Below are positions 1-11,059 of a stretch of 47,168 nt of DNA, one piece after another; the stretch's first letter is position 1; the number at the start of each line of letters is the position of its first letter. A program made the position numbers and the translations under genes. The notes beneath the pieces are model-generated. The model did not search any database and was not told the DNA's origin. It saw only the letters and a list, made by a program, of their open reading frames with translations. The stretch is from Polyangiaceae bacterium (GTDB lineage: Bacteria > Myxococcota_A > Polyangia > Polyangiales > Polyangiaceae): NCBI GenBank assembly GCA_033763455.1, contig JANRKO010000081.1, positions 1 to 47,168 of the forward strand, written 5' to 3'.

Positions 1-77
1 CTGCGTTCCTGCCGCCACCTATCAACCTGCTGCGTGAATTTTTCGATCTCAGCTCTTGCGTCTCTCGCCAAAGGCAT
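1..77 (-). CDS. Partial ORF running off the window edge (MPLARDARAEIEKFTQQVDRWRQER...), product unknown
   Basis: The minus strand has GGAGG (84-80) before ATG at 77 (or TTG at 71). The frame stays open to position 1 and has the same orientation as the upstream operon. Confidence 0.4.
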   Translation of the reverse strand, partial: MPLARDARAEIEKFTQQVDRWRQER

Positions 78-191
78 ATCCTCCGGCCCCCACCTCACTT
101 AGAAATCACCCCTGGGTCACGCACGTTTGCCGATGGGACACCTGCGGCGCAGCTCGAATGCACTGCGACCACCTTCGAGAAATGCTCTGTG

Positions 192-3100
192 TCAGCGAAG
201 ATTCTGCATGGCCTTCGCCACCACCCACCAGGGCCGATGCACCAGGTCGAAATAGCTGCAGACGAAAGCGGTTCGCCCCGCCCCCTCGATGTCCGCTACT
301 GCCTCGGCCAGGTCAGGATGGATGTACTGACGGTCGCGATTCATCAATGGCGGCGCGGCAATCACGCTCAGATCGAGCTCTACGTGGTCCGCGGCTGCGA
401 ACCCGGCAACAGGGTCTCGCCGCTGAAACTCCGTCCCAAGGCCTTGCCAAGCAAGGCCGAGGCGCTGCTGCCATTGAGGCGTCGGATTTGTTTGCATCGT
501 GCCCGACGCAACCAGCTCGACAACATCCATTGCGAGCCTCCAGTCCATTAGCCCGTGGTAACGGAGGTTTTCGTACGAGAGCAAGCAGAGGTAGCATGAG
601 GCTGCACAGCAGCCCGGATCGGTGAAGTGATTGCGAATACCCTCCAGAGTGTGTGAATGCTCGCCTCGAAACATGTCGCCGAGGACCTCTTCGAGGATCC
701 GGCGTTCACTCAAATGCCGGACGTAACCGGCACCATTCGCGAGGGCGTCGGCGAGATAGACCTGGACCCGCGGCGGCGCACCATTCTGTGCGCCTATCGA
801 CCGAATGCCGACGCGTAGCTCCGATTGCGAGACATCGAAAAATGCAGCGGCAGCACGGCGCAGAAGAAATCCGAACGACAGCATGCTTGCGCGTACGGCT
901 ACATCCCTTATCGCGAAGGTGAATCCGTTCGGATCGCCCATCGGGCGCGGCTCTAGGAGTAGGGCTTCACCGTTCTTTCGTGAAGCCAAAGCGTAGTGAT
1001 TCGTCGGACGGTTAGCGATGTTCCGAAGATGCGGCGGCGCGTCCGGTCCATCGAGGAATTCTCTCCACAGATGACCGTGGTCACCGCAATCGACCAGCTC
1101 GAACAGATCTCCGCTCGCGTCGTTGATCGTGTAAAACGTGCCGTTTACGAGCTGGTACGGCGACGCGGCGACGGCTCCTGTCGGCGGCCGCTCACCCCCG
1201 GGGATGACAATACGGGCGGCGCCGGCGTGGGTGCGCTCTTCATCGCCGGTTCGCGGCGGGCGCGGCGGGCTGAAGTCAGCCCGATAGCCGAGCGGATAGG
1301 TCATCGAGAACGATCTGGCCATCGCCCCGACGCCTGTCGGCTCGTCGCAGTTAGGGCACGCCGGCAGCACACCCAGCGTCAACGTCCAGCAGGCATTGCA
1401 GACGGTGACGGGCTGCACCTGCGGAATCGGGTTCACAGGGTCTGCCTTCCCTCGGCGCTCGACATAGTGGATCAGGCCGACCGCGCGATAGCCGCGCTTA
1501 TCTTTCACAACCTCGGCACCCGGAGCAAATGCGCTCACGCAAATATCAGCGTCCCAGTCGACGGCTGAGTAGGCTACTTTGCCGCGATACGAGGTCGGGC
1601 GAGCATGATGGAATCGGCGTTCCGTCGTCGGGAAGCCGAAAAGAGGAAGCACGCCGCCCGTGGCGAGCGCTTCGCTGAGCTGGTCGTCACGGCTCACCGT
1701 TGGGTCGTTGAACACCAGGTCTACTGCATCGACAAGACCACCCGTGCACACCCACTCTACCAGTTCGGTGCGGCTCGCCGCAATCACCGGAGCGCCGACG
1801 GACAGGGTGTCCACGAGTCCGCCGATTGCCGGCCGTTGCCCAGCTAACCAAGCCGCTACCGGGGCCCGCTTTCCTGGCCAGTCACCGACTTCACCAAAAC
1901 GGCCATTGACAGCGTCCCAGGCGTCATCCGCAGTGGCGAGCCCGGTCCCATCGAACGCCAGTTTAAGCGCGCGCGCCGCGAGGACCCGGCGCGCAATTCG
2001 AGTTCTGCTCAAGTCGAGATACGGCGGTGGCGGTGATTCAGCCGTCATCGCCACAAGGTTCGAAAAGTAGTAGTCGTCGTGGCTCCGTCCCTTACAAACC
2101 GTGAGAACGGTAGAGAACCCACTGCCGCGGCGCCCGCACCGGCCGGCGCGCTGCTGGTAGTTGAAGCGCTCGGGCGGCATGTTCGCGAGCAGCACGAGGT
2201 TCAGCGACCCGATATCGACTCCCGCCTCCATTGTCGTGGTAACCGAAAGCAGGTCGATCGGATCAACCGATCGATGATGTGGCGGCACGACTATGCCGCG
2301 GAACAGACGCAGACGCGCGCGTGCAGCGCCTTCCTCGGTCTGCCCGGTTAACTCCTCGCAGTGAAGCCTTCGTCGAGCGCTTTCCTCGGTCGCAAGCCAG
2401 CGGTAGAAGTCGCTGTCGTCTGGTACGGTCCGGCGAGCTTCGCTTAGACGCCGGTAGCACGACGAACAGATGCCAGCGGATTCGTGCAGGTGCCGGGTTG
2501 AACAATGATCGCACCACCATTCAAGTTCTCCAGCGGCGAGAAAAACTAGAGCCTCCGGTTGTAGGCGCATGTCATCTGCGCTGACTACGAGCGCGCACGC
2601 GACAAGCCATTCGCAAAGGGCCTCTTCGAGGTCGCGGACTTGAACTCCATACTGACCCGCGACCGCGGCAACATAGCTTCGCACGCGACCTGACAGCCTT
2701 CCGGAACGTCCGTAGCTGCTCGCATAGCGATCCGCGCCAAAGGCGTCCCTCCAGTTGTCAATGTAGCGAAGGCTGGAGCGTCTCTCACCCATGAGGCGGA
2801 TAACGGTAGCCAGGAATTCCCGGGACCTGGCAGCGTTGAGTCCCGGGAACCCAGCTGGAGGGGCGCCAGCCTCGGCCTCGAGCCACCCGAGCGCCAGCGC
2901 TTCAACGGAGCGTCCGCGGCCTGCGAAGATCTGTTCCAGACAAATATTCCAGGCAGCGCCACGCATCCGTAGACGGTGCGTTGCGGCGTCCTGACTCATT
3001 CCCGCCGCAAGAGTTGCCGACGCTATCTCGCCACTATCGAACTGCCAGTCATAACAGTTCGTCCATGGTGTTTTCGTTCCCCCCACGTCATCGAATGTGT

Positions 3101-5705
3101 GCGCCTCAGGAAGCACACCAGCGGGGTTCGTGCCGTACCCAGCGATTCTGAGATCGACGTTGTCCCAAATGGCACGAAGCGGAATGCCGCGCCGACGCCG
3201 GGCACGCGCCAGCTCTTCCGCTCGCGCGGCGGGCACGCGCGCAGGATTGATCTGCTCGAGTTGCATCGCCATCCAGAGGTCAGATTGCAAATGCTCAAAC
3301 TGGTCGGCCGCAGCATTCTCCGCGGGCGACAACGCTTCGCCGCGCGCACGCCTCTCGGCCGCGGCAAACAGCTGCGCCGCGGGGTCCGCAAGCAACATGC
3401 GCAGCGCGAGATTCCTGACTAAGTCGAGATAGTGCGAATGTTCGACCTCGTAGCTCAGCATCGCAGCATCGCGACGGCTATCCGAGAACGCGACCATGCG
3501 GCGCGACGCGGCCGGCTCATCCGCCAACATGCGGTCCGCGAGAATCTGCGCCACCTTCGAAAACGCTGTACGAAGCGAACGGATCGGACTCATCCACAAG
3601 TTCTCAGGACGGTTCCATTGCGACCACTGCTCGTCGCAGTGCGGGCAGTACTTGATTGCAGCCTTATGTTTCTTTCCTTGCGGGATATGCGCGCGCAGCA
3701 CCCAGCCTGCATGCCCCTCCTGAGTGTAGTTCACTCTTCCCTGCTGCGGCTCAAACCAGGCCTCCTGCCAGGTTGCACGACAGTCGTCTACGGTCCATTC
3801 CCGATGCCCCGGCGTTCGCCGGTGGTGCGCGGGCCAGAAGAACAGGTAGTCTTCCAGCACTCGGTCCTCGCGCGCGAGGTCCGGAAGTTTTTCAACCTCC
3901 GGAAATCCCGCCGTCATCACGAAATCGTTGCCCTGCGACAGCGGAATTCGAAAGCCTCCGAGGATGACGTCGCCGCAGCTCTGACAGTAGTAAAGATCCA
4001 GCATGCGAGCACCGCAGGCGCAGCTAATGGACGGCTCGGTCGATAGCCGCCCCACGGGACGGTTCGGACTCTGCACGAGCACTTGCCCGCACATGGGGTC
4101 CGTGCAAGCCCAAATGCCGGGAACATTCCTGAAGAAGATGTGCCCTTTGGCCCGCAGCAGCGGCTTGCCGTCACCGCGTTGCGCTTCGCCGCAGGCCGTC
4201 GCAGCGCCGACGAGCGCCTGTTCTGAAGCGGGGTGGTCCGGAAAGACCTTGGTTGCAAGGGCGTTTATTGATGCGACATGCGAGCCACCGCCGCCCGCGA
4301 GCTCTGCCGCAGAGTTCACGAGCGCAGAAGGAACACCGAGCTCTTCTAGGCGCCGGCCGAGTGCTCGCGTGACGGCGCCCTCCGTGAGCGTTGCCATCCC
4401 GGGCACATCGATCTCGACGGCGAGCTGCCGCAACGCCGTTTCCGTTCCGCCGGCCAATCGCGCAGGCAGGGCCGCGAATGCGGGTGCATAGCGGCGGTAC
4501 TCATCGGTCTGCGCGCCTGGAGCCTGGGCCTGTGCGCCATCCAGGGTCTCGAAACGCGCGCCAGGCACGCCGAAGAATCCTTCGAGAAACTCTTCCGTGG
4601 ACGCCCGATCACCTAGGGACGCCGACGTTGCAATTATCTTAAGTCGCGGGTCGCTAGGGCTCAGGCCGAGCTGATCGAGCAGAATGCGCAGCGTGAGAGC
4701 GACTTCGGTGCCGGCAGTTCCTCGATAACTGTGCAGCTCGTCCACAACAAGCGTGAAAAACCTATCCGCGCCGCCGCTGAGCCATTGGCGGGTCGTAGTA
4801 AAGATGTTCTGCTCGATGCCCCGCATAAGCATCACGTTGAGCATGGAGAAGTTCGTGATGAAGATGTCCGGCGGGTAGTCTTGCATGTACCACCTGGAGA
4901 GCATCTCGGCGCCACGCGGGTCTTGAAATAGCGCTCCATGCTGCGGATAGTCGCGAAGAATAGCCTGAAAATCCCCGTCGACGCCGTTAAGGGTGTCGGT
5001 GAGGCGGGCCTGCCGATCCGCGTTAACGGTGCCCGACACTTGTGTGCGCCCGTTGTAGCCGCCGAAGTAGAAACGGTTGCGCCCGCGCCGGGTTCTCAGC
5101 CAGGAACGTGCCTCGTCGGAATCGAGCGCATCCCGGAGCCTCACAAGCTGGTCTTCGACGAGCGCGTTGAGCGGGTACAAGATAAGCGCTCGGATGGCAG
5201 CGGGCCGAGTCTCGTTGGCCCTAGGATGCGCGGTTGCGCCGTTATCCCACCAGCGGGCGTACAACTCAGACGGAGCCGGCGCCCATGCGCGCGATTCCTC
5301 CGCGAGCCTAGCAATAACGGGTAGCAAGAAGCACTCAGTCTTGCCGGAACCGGTGCCCGTCGTGACGACAACGTGCTTCTCTCTGGGGTCCGCACCAAGG
5401 GCCAGGGCTCGCTCCTGGTGGGTATACGGCCGCTCCCCATGCGACCACAATCCAGCCTCGAGAAATTCCGCGACGTCAGCACCGAGCCCGGCCCCCGCAA
5501 CGGCGTCGCGCAGCGTTCCGTCAATCTGCCGGTAGCCAGGAAGGAATTCAATAATGGGCGGTTGCTGAATGGCTCCGGGTCGCCGCAGCAATTGGCGACG
5601 CTCCTCTGCGAGAGCTGGATCTTTCAGTCGGAACGGCGTGTCGACGTAGCGGATATAAGTCTCAAGTAGATCGCTGTGGATCGTGCCAACGTCGCGTGTC
5701 GTCAT
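192..5705 (-). CDS. Large SF2 DEAD/DEAH-box helicase with Zn-finger inserts and DUF1998/MrfA-type C-terminus (DruE-like), 1837 aa
   Basis: Motifs [48 protein letters not shown]; several CxxC pairs; C-terminal [15 protein letters not shown]. Start placed at ATG 5705, which has an ATGA overlap with the upstream stop and a purine-rich RBS. Confidence 0.9.
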   Translation of the reverse strand: MTTRDVGTIHSDLLETYIRYVDTPFRLKDPALAEERRQLLRRPGAIQQPPIIEFLPGYRQIDGTLRDAVAGAGLGADVAEFLEAGLWSHGERPYTHQERALALGADPREKHVVVTTGTGSGKTECFLLPVIARLAEESRAWAPAPSELYARWWDNGATAHPRANETRPAAIRALILYPLNALVEDQLVRLRDALDSDEARSWLRTRRGRNRFYFGGYNGRTQVSGTVNADRQARLTDTLNGVDGDFQAILRDYPQHGALFQDPRGAEMLSRWYMQDYPPDIFITNFSMLNVMLMRGIEQNIFTTTRQWLSGGADRFFTLVVDELHSYRGTAGTEVALTLRILLDQLGLSPSDPRLKIIATSASLGDRASTEEFLEGFFGVPGARFETLDGAQAQAPGAQTDEYRRYAPAFAALPARLAGGTETALRQLAVEIDVPGMATLTEGAVTRALGRRLEELGVPSALVNSAAELAGGGGSHVASINALATKVFPDHPASEQALVGAATACGEAQRGDGKPLLRAKGHIFFRNVPGIWACTDPMCGQVLVQSPNRPVGRLSTEPSISCACGARMLDLYYCQSCGDVILGGFRIPLSQGNDFVMTAGFPEVEKLPDLAREDRVLEDYLFFWPAHHRRTPGHREWTVDDCRATWQEAWFEPQQGRVNYTQEGHAGWVLRAHIPQGKKHKAAIKYCPHCDEQWSQWNRPENLWMSPIRSLRTAFSKVAQILADRMLADEPAASRRMVAFSDSRRDAAMLSYEVEHSHYLDLVRNLALRMLLADPAAQLFAAAERRARGEALSPAENAAADQFEHLQSDLWMAMQLEQINPARVPAARAEELARARRRRGIPLRAIWDNVDLRIAGYGTNPAGVLPEAHTFDDVGGTKTPWTNCYDWQFDSGEIASATLAAGMSQDAATHRLRMRGAAWNICLEQIFAGRGRSVEALALGWLEAEAGAPPAGFPGLNAARSREFLATVIRLMGERRSSLRYIDNWRDAFGADRYASSYGRSGRLSGRVRSYVAAVAGQYGVQVRDLEEALCEWLVACALVVSADDMRLQPEALVFLAAGELEWWCDHCSTRHLHESAGICSSCYRRLSEARRTVPDDSDFYRWLATEESARRRLHCEELTGQTEEGAARARLRLFRGIVVPPHHRSVDPIDLLSVTTTMEAGVDIGSLNLVLLANMPPERFNYQQRAGRCGRRGSGFSTVLTVCKGRSHDDYYFSNLVAMTAESPPPPYLDLSRTRIARRVLAARALKLAFDGTGLATADDAWDAVNGRFGEVGDWPGKRAPVAAWLAGQRPAIGGLVDTLSVGAPVIAASRTELVEWVCTGGLVDAVDLVFNDPTVSRDDQLSEALATGGVLPLFGFPTTERRFHHARPTSYRGKVAYSAVDWDADICVSAFAPGAEVVKDKRGYRAVGLIHYVERRGKADPVNPIPQVQPVTVCNACWTLTLGVLPACPNCDEPTGVGAMARSFSMTYPLGYRADFSPPRPPRTGDEERTHAGAARIVIPGGERPPTGAVAASPYQLVNGTFYTINDASGDLFELVDCGDHGHLWREFLDGPDAPPHLRNIANRPTNHYALASRKNGEALLLEPRPMGDPNGFTFAIRDVAVRASMLSFGFLLRRAAAAFFDVSQSELRVGIRSIGAQNGAPPRVQVYLADALANGAGYVRHLSERRILEEVLGDMFRGEHSHTLEGIRNHFTDPGCCAASCYLCLLSYENLRYHGLMDWRLAMDVVELVASGTMQTNPTPQWQQRLGLAWQGLGTEFQRRDPVAGFAAADHVELDLSVIAAPPLMNRDRQYIHPDLAEAVADIEGAGRTAFVCSYFDLVHRPWWVVAKAMQNLR

Positions 5706-8515
5706 AAGATCCCTTCTGTTCGTGGTTGATTTAAGCGCACGGCCGCAGCGCGCGCCAAGTCGAGTGGAATGTCTTCGTACACAAGCACACGGCCCACCCG
5801 AAGCGGGGCGAGCCCTGAAGCTACGGTGCAAATGCGTTTCCAGATGCGCGGAAGATCCATCGCAGTTGGCACGAGCAAGCGGTGCGCGTTCAGGTCATAG
5901 CGCAGGTATCCAGCGTCTCCGGGCGCAAGTAACCATTTGGCGGCGGCGGGGTCGAGTACGCTAACGCCAGTGGACCCGACAACCAAGTAGTGAACGCGCC
6001 GTCCATTTTCCCGCCAGCGGTATAGCCCACGATGGGTCACGTCAGCGGAGGCAAGCCAGCGAAGCTCCCGCGAATTCCACTGCTGGAGTGTCTGCTGAAT
6101 CCGCGCAACAGGCGGCGAGAACGCCGCGCCCGTCCACCAACTGAGTTCGGCGATGGAGCGCGTTTGAAGGGCAAGTTGTTGCGACGGAGACTCGGGCACC
6201 ACATTCAAACGAATTTCTCGAAGTACATCGGCTGCGCGCAATAGGCTATCTGTTGAAGCCAGGATGCATTCGGGCATAGGTTCTCGGTTAGGATCCGTGC
6301 TGCGAGGATCGACAAAGGCCTCGATTCCGTTCCGGCCCAGCCATTCGATCGTCTTAAGAGAGCGTGCTCCGGTAAGGATCGACAGATTCGTTCGATCAGC
6401 GCTGGAGACAGCGGCAGGCGGCGCGACGGCCCACCTCGGACCTTCATCCCACGAGACATCGACGTGACCGAGGGCGTCAAGAACCGACAGCGGCCGATGC
6501 CACGCGCCGTCTCCAGCGATCCCAGCACAGTATGTGCGGACAGCGTCGACCGAACCCGTGCTTCGCGCCGACATATACTCGAGCAGCCGATTCATGTCGT
6601 TTCGGTCCTGTCCCGAGCCCTCCGAGCGCGCACCGCTGATTTCTCCGAAGCAGGCAGCCGACGTCAGCGGGCCCGCTCCCGCAGAGCGCCCGGTGACGGT
6701 CACGTGCCGAATCAGGTCCGAGCTCAGATATTCGTGGATGCCAGCGTTTGGCGGTGCCACACCTTTAATGATCGCTGGCGCATACAGCCTATAGCGCGTT
6801 CCTGGCTGAAAGTAGGCTGCATGGCGTGGGCGCTCGACATCAAAAGTGGCGCCGCGCATTTGACCATGGCTGAGTGCGTTGCGCATGGAACGGTCCAAGG
6901 TCGGCTGGGAAAGCGACGCAATGCACTCGCGCCAGCGGGGCTCGAGAACGAAGAGTTCCGCCGTGGCGCCTTCGCACTCGAGCGAGTACTGTCCCTCGGG
7001 AAGATCCACGGACGCCAACGCTGCTGCTTGGACAACGACAACGGGTTCCGGTTCGCCATCCCGCTGAACCCGGACGACGGCGCCTTCCGGAGCTTCGGGC
7101 TGCGGAAGGCCGCCGCGCAGATAAATGCCGCGGCGAATCCGAAGGCCTCCGTTCAAGCGCAAGGAAAGCGGACGGCCCCTAACAAGCACATTTCCAGGTA
7201 GAATAGCCCCCGCACACGGCACGGCGGCGTAAACCGCATGCAGACCGGGGCCCGGCCAAAGCTCACCGACGAGCTGCATCGAAGGCCGTTCAAGCGCAGC
7301 GACGACCTGTGCGGCGTTGTCCGCAGACGTCGACACCAGAGTATGCTCAGTTCCGGCCGAGGGCGCAGGCACGAGACGCCAGCTCCCGGGCCGTCCCCCA
7401 AGCGCGCCGTCTTGAAACCATGATAGGGTAGCTGGCGAGGGCGTTATGTCGTTGCCGCTGTCATCGGTAACCGTGAGCTGGCCGCAAAGCAGACGGGCTG
7501 CATCCGCGCCGGAAATCTCGATGTCGTAGCAGGGCGGCTCGCGAATATCGAGCTTCCCAAGCGCAGTCTGATTCCCAACGGTCGCTAAACACTCTGCTTC
7601 CTCAGCCTCGTCGCTTGTCGGGATTCGCAGAAGCCATTTCGCTCGCGTCCAAGTCAAATTGGGGTACTTCGAAGGCCGCACCGCCAAGGTCGCTCTTTCG
7701 ACCTTGAAGCCTCGCGCTTCCTCAAGACCAACCATTTGGCTAAAGCCCGAGCCCTCGATCCCATTGCAGAGCGCTTCCGCTGCCTGCAAGAGAGAAGCTT
7801 CGTCTGGATCACGGCCAAGCAAGCGAGCGAGCCGGGACTGAGCCCCGCCCCGCATCAGCCACGCTCGTAGGCTGGGCACTACCTCGTCAGGCTCAGGGAC
7901 CTGTCGGGAAGAGCGGTGCGCTTCGCGCAGGACCGGTACAAGCTCTTCGAGATCGCAAGATCGAACCAGGCACTGAGATTGCACCGGATCTACATATGGA
8001 TGCTGGCTGTTGAGGCCGTGCACGATGAGCTCACCGCGACGCTCCTGACGAAGCCAGTCGCGAAGCTTGCGCCACAAATCCGGCGTGCATTCGAACCGCT
8101 CAGGTCTCCCCTGGTTTTCGACGCCCATCAAAGCGTTCAGCCTGAAGTAGTAGTTGGCCTGAGTCGTCTTGCCGTCCGTCGCCATCTCGCTGGCGGCTAG
8201 GACCGCGAAGGCAAGACCAGCGATGATCGGTGGCTCGCCGCTGCGCACGTTCTCCGTCCAGATTTCCGCCTCTCGCTCCAAGCACACAAAAAGACGGGCT
8301 GGTGCCGTCGACAAGCCAAGCACGGCTCGAACGAAGTCATCTCGAGTACCGAGTCCGCTTCGCGCACCGCTTTCGTTGAGCAGGCCGTCGTGGACTGCGA
8401 GGTATACCGGGACCCCCGGTCGACCGCGTGGAAATAACTCATCGGCAAGCAGCGAATTCCATTGCCGGTAGGCTGGGGGAAGCCTCGCAGCAATCGCGAA
8501 AGGCGCGTGGCTCAC
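5702..8515 (-). CDS. Hypothetical protein, 937 aa, accessory partner of the DruE-like helicase
   Basis: Long ORF coupled to both neighbours by 4-nt overlaps. GTG start at 8515 is preceded by GGAGGG. No catalytic motif recognised. Confidence 0.75.
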   Translation of the reverse strand: MSHAPFAIAARLPPAYRQWNSLLADELFPRGRPGVPVYLAVHDGLLNESGARSGLGTRDDFVRAVLGLSTAPARLFVCLEREAEIWTENVRSGEPPIIAGLAFAVLAASEMATDGKTTQANYYFRLNALMGVENQGRPERFECTPDLWRKLRDWLRQERRGELIVHGLNSQHPYVDPVQSQCLVRSCDLEELVPVLREAHRSSRQVPEPDEVVPSLRAWLMRGGAQSRLARLLGRDPDEASLLQAAEALCNGIEGSGFSQMVGLEEARGFKVERATLAVRPSKYPNLTWTRAKWLLRIPTSDEAEEAECLATVGNQTALGKLDIREPPCYDIEISGADAARLLCGQLTVTDDSGNDITPSPATLSWFQDGALGGRPGSWRLVPAPSAGTEHTLVSTSADNAAQVVAALERPSMQLVGELWPGPGLHAVYAAVPCAGAILPGNVLVRGRPLSLRLNGGLRIRRGIYLRGGLPQPEAPEGAVVRVQRDGEPEPVVVVQAAALASVDLPEGQYSLECEGATAELFVLEPRWRECIASLSQPTLDRSMRNALSHGQMRGATFDVERPRHAAYFQPGTRYRLYAPAIIKGVAPPNAGIHEYLSSDLIRHVTVTGRSAGAGPLTSAACFGEISGARSEGSGQDRNDMNRLLEYMSARSTGSVDAVRTYCAGIAGDGAWHRPLSVLDALGHVDVSWDEGPRWAVAPPAAVSSADRTNLSILTGARSLKTIEWLGRNGIEAFVDPRSTDPNREPMPECILASTDSLLRAADVLREIRLNVVPESPSQQLALQTRSIAELSWWTGAAFSPPVARIQQTLQQWNSRELRWLASADVTHRGLYRWRENGRRVHYLVVGSTGVSVLDPAAAKWLLAPGDAGYLRYDLNAHRLLVPTAMDLPRIWKRICTVASGLAPLRVGRVLVYEDIPLDLARAAAVRLNQPRTEGIL

Positions 8516-9663
8516 AGGTTGACCCTCCACACGGAGGTACCGCTCACGCAACGCAGCGAGCCCTCCTCGGTGGACCGAGATCCGCAGATTCTGAGCCGCG
8601 AACCGGCACTTGGGGCGACGCGCACGCCGCTGAAGTCGACACGCACGGCACGACCGGTGGCGACAGTCACCTCAGCCTCCCATCCGTCGACGCTAGCGAC
8701 CCTTCCCTCCACGTCTCCAGCGTTCAGGCCTGGCGCGGATGCCTGCCAGTAGGGTTCGCACCACGGGCGGTGAGGGCAATTGTTGCACCCTGCCTCCGAT
8801 GGTCGCGCGAGCTCGCTAGCCACGGCCCCGGCCTCGATTCGCCTATTCAGGTCCTGCAGGGCCGCTCGCGCCCGCGCTACCGCGTCAGCCGCTTCGTCCG
8901 GCACGCACTGAAACTCGTGGGTCCCGCCGGCAAGGGAATGCACCCGCAGCAGGTCGGGGATGTGTCCATGCTGCTCTCGGTATAGCTGCGCGTAGATAAG
9001 AAGCTGATGCCTCCAGCTTTCCAACCGCTCCGGGGTGACCTCGCCGCTCTTCAATTCTTCTATGACGACCTTGCCGTCACGACTGTCAACACAGTCTGCA
9101 ACGCCAACCACCAAACCATCGCGCGATCGGAGCCGAAGCTCAGCCTCAACTGCCTCGACACCATGCCGGAGCCGGCCACCCTTCTCTGAAGGCGGGCCAT
9201 GGCCACGCTCGTGAAAAACCGGCTCAGTCCAGAGCCAGAACTCACCAAATCGCTGCTCAGCAAACCGAGCCAGACGGGCTCGCGTCATCCCATAAAAGGG
9301 CAGGGACCTCGCCTCCTCGGTGCTGTCGCCTGGTAGTTCGCCCCGCTCGGCAATCACGCTGTTGCGCCTACGGCACCCAAGAGTCAGGGCTTGGTCGAAA
9401 GCGCCGCGCGCAACCCCGCGCGTGCTGCCCAGGTTCGTCGACGAGCGTCCGTCGCCCTGCGCCTTGATCATCGCGGCCACCGCCTCGTGAGCAGCAGTTC
9501 CGAGCATCGCCGTGGCGGCATAGGCCTGCACTCGGCGCAAGGCCAAGTCGTGGTCGAACACAAAGCGAAGCGGGCAGATAGCGAGGCGCCCGACCTCCGA
9601 TGCCGCCACGTGGGGAATGCTCTTGAATGAACCGATAGACGGCAAGACCGGAGGATCTCTCAC
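8512..9663 (-). CDS. PD-(D/E)XK nuclease of Cas4/AddB type with 4-Cys Fe-S ligand pattern, 383 aa
   Basis: N-terminal LAICPLRF; GVAD...IEELKSG; QLLIYA; CNNCPHRPWC. GTG at 9663 overlaps the MTase stop (GTGA). Confidence 0.85.
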   Translation of the reverse strand: MRDPPVLPSIGSFKSIPHVAASEVGRLAICPLRFVFDHDLALRRVQAYAATAMLGTAAHEAVAAMIKAQGDGRSSTNLGSTRGVARGAFDQALTLGCRRRNSVIAERGELPGDSTEEARSLPFYGMTRARLARFAEQRFGEFWLWTEPVFHERGHGPPSEKGGRLRHGVEAVEAELRLRSRDGLVVGVADCVDSRDGKVVIEELKSGEVTPERLESWRHQLLIYAQLYREQHGHIPDLLRVHSLAGGTHEFQCVPDEAADAVARARAALQDLNRRIEAGAVASELARPSEAGCNNCPHRPWCEPYWQASAPGLNAGDVEGRVASVDGWEAEVTVATGRAVRVDFSGVRVAPSAGSRLRICGSRSTEEGSLRCVSGTSVWRVNL

Positions 9664-10856
9664 GTGGAGTCCCCGTCGAGGGCTTCGACTATGGCTGAAA
9701 GCACCCCCCTTATCAGCAAGGGTGGAACAGAGTTGCCTATCATCTCGTAGGCGCTCCGTCGGCACGCGAGCGCCGACGGGAAGGCGATGCGGTCAGGGAT
9801 GCCTTGTAGGCGAGCGTATTCACGGACCGACAGAGATCGCGGCTTGGCGTAGTGGTAGACGCAGTCATACCTCGTCGAAAGCGCTGTGGAGGGCGTGTCG
9901 GGATGCAGCTTCCGGTAGGCAGAATCGTATCGCCGTAAGAGACCGTTGAGGTGCTCGATCGGGATACTGCGCGCACAGCCTCCAGGGGGAATGTACCCAA
10001 GCCTCGCCTGCGCCTCCGCCGTGACACGGGGGGTCTGCATGTCCGTGAGCTTCTTCGGCGCGCGCTCCCGGGCCCAGCGCTGGAACGCCGTCCGCGCCGG
10101 GAACCGATACTCGCGCTCGTTGTCCACGGCGCCGGGGTTAAGGACCGGAAGGTCTGAAAGCGCCTGACTCGCCGTGGTGAGCGTTCCGTTTTCTGGGTCT
10201 TTCAGCGCAGCGAGATACTGACGAAGGTTGTCGGGGACCTCGCCCCCACGCCGGAGCGCTGAATAGAGAAGAGACAGATCGGGGCCGGGCTTAGGAAGGC
10301 ACGGCCGGCTGAAGCCTCCTCGAATCCCCAAAATCAGCGTGCGGCGGCGTGCCTGGGGCGTACCAAACCAGGCCGCATCGTAGGTTTGATATTCAATAGA
10401 ATATTTCAGCCCTCTAGCAGGATGGCGTAACTTCTGAAGCAAGGAACCGAGCGTCTTCCCCTCCCGATGGCGGATAAGATCGGGAACATTCTCGATCAAA
10501 AACATTCGCGGGCGGATAATCCCGACGTATTCAGGCATGGCTGCAAGCACCCGGTTGTGACCGTTGCGACCGTCGTGGCGACCGTTTCGAAGGCGGCTAA
10601 AACCCTTGCATGGCGGGCCGGCTGCCAATAGGTCCACCTCACCAATCCTCGTCTTAGCGCCCGCTACGAGGTTGCGACCGGCTGCCGTCAGCAAATTGCA
10701 TTCTTCGGCCACTTCGCCGACAAAGTTGTGGTTGTAGATGGCAACGGCTTCGCCCCACGAGTCGAAAGCTCCCGCAACTTCGTACCCAAGGGACCGCAAC
10801 GCAATGCCAATGCCGCCCATCCCTGCGCAGAGCTCAATCGCGATCGGCTTCGTCAT
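9660..10856 (-). CDS. DNA (cytosine-5)-methyltransferase, 398 aa
   Basis: Motif I ELCAGMGG, IV GPPCKGFS, VI ENV, VIII PQARRR, IX REYARLQGIPD, X IGNSVPP. Confidence 0.95.
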   Translation of the reverse strand: MTKPIAIELCAGMGGIGIALRSLGYEVAGAFDSWGEAVAIYNHNFVGEVAEECNLLTAAGRNLVAGAKTRIGEVDLLAAGPPCKGFSRLRNGRHDGRNGHNRVLAAMPEYVGIIRPRMFLIENVPDLIRHREGKTLGSLLQKLRHPARGLKYSIEYQTYDAAWFGTPQARRRTLILGIRGGFSRPCLPKPGPDLSLLYSALRRGGEVPDNLRQYLAALKDPENGTLTTASQALSDLPVLNPGAVDNEREYRFPARTAFQRWARERAPKKLTDMQTPRVTAEAQARLGYIPPGGCARSIPIEHLNGLLRRYDSAYRKLHPDTPSTALSTRYDCVYHYAKPRSLSVREYARLQGIPDRIAFPSALACRRSAYEMIGNSVPPLLIRGVLSAIVEALDGDST

Positions 10857-11059
10857 GCCAGTCCAAAGGCAACCCAACACTGTTGCCGTTCATCCTGCTG
10901 TCGAACGTTGCTGCACGACGCCCCCATGAATGTCGCCATAACCTGTGCCCCGGAGCCAAAAGAACAGATTAACTCCGAAAATAGCTCCTCACGCAACCAG
11001 ACTCGCAGAAAAGGCTTGCTGCGAATACTCGACCCACCGACCGACATTCTAACCACCCC

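Noticed and set aside
56..5964. Numerous plus-strand ORFs opposite the helicase
   Set aside because: Antisense frames are often open in GC-rich genes, and none shows a recognisable motif.
8512..9663. CRISPR-Cas locus suggested by the Cas4-like gene
   Set aside because: No repeat-spacer array and no cas1, cas2 or effector genes were seen in the window.
5706..9765. Longer ORF-track starts at 5831, 8551 and 9765
   Set aside because: They overlap upstream genes extensively. Starts at 5705, 8515 and 9663 give clean 4-nt couplings.
192..10856. DISARM class II (C5 MTase + helicase + DUF1998)
   Set aside because: Here helicase and DUF1998 are one polypeptide, with no separate DrmB and no PLD-nuclease DrmC in view. 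A Druantia-like layout fits better.
11003..11024. TCGCAG...CTGCGA hairpin as integrase terminator
   Set aside because: Short stem with no U-tract on the minus strand.
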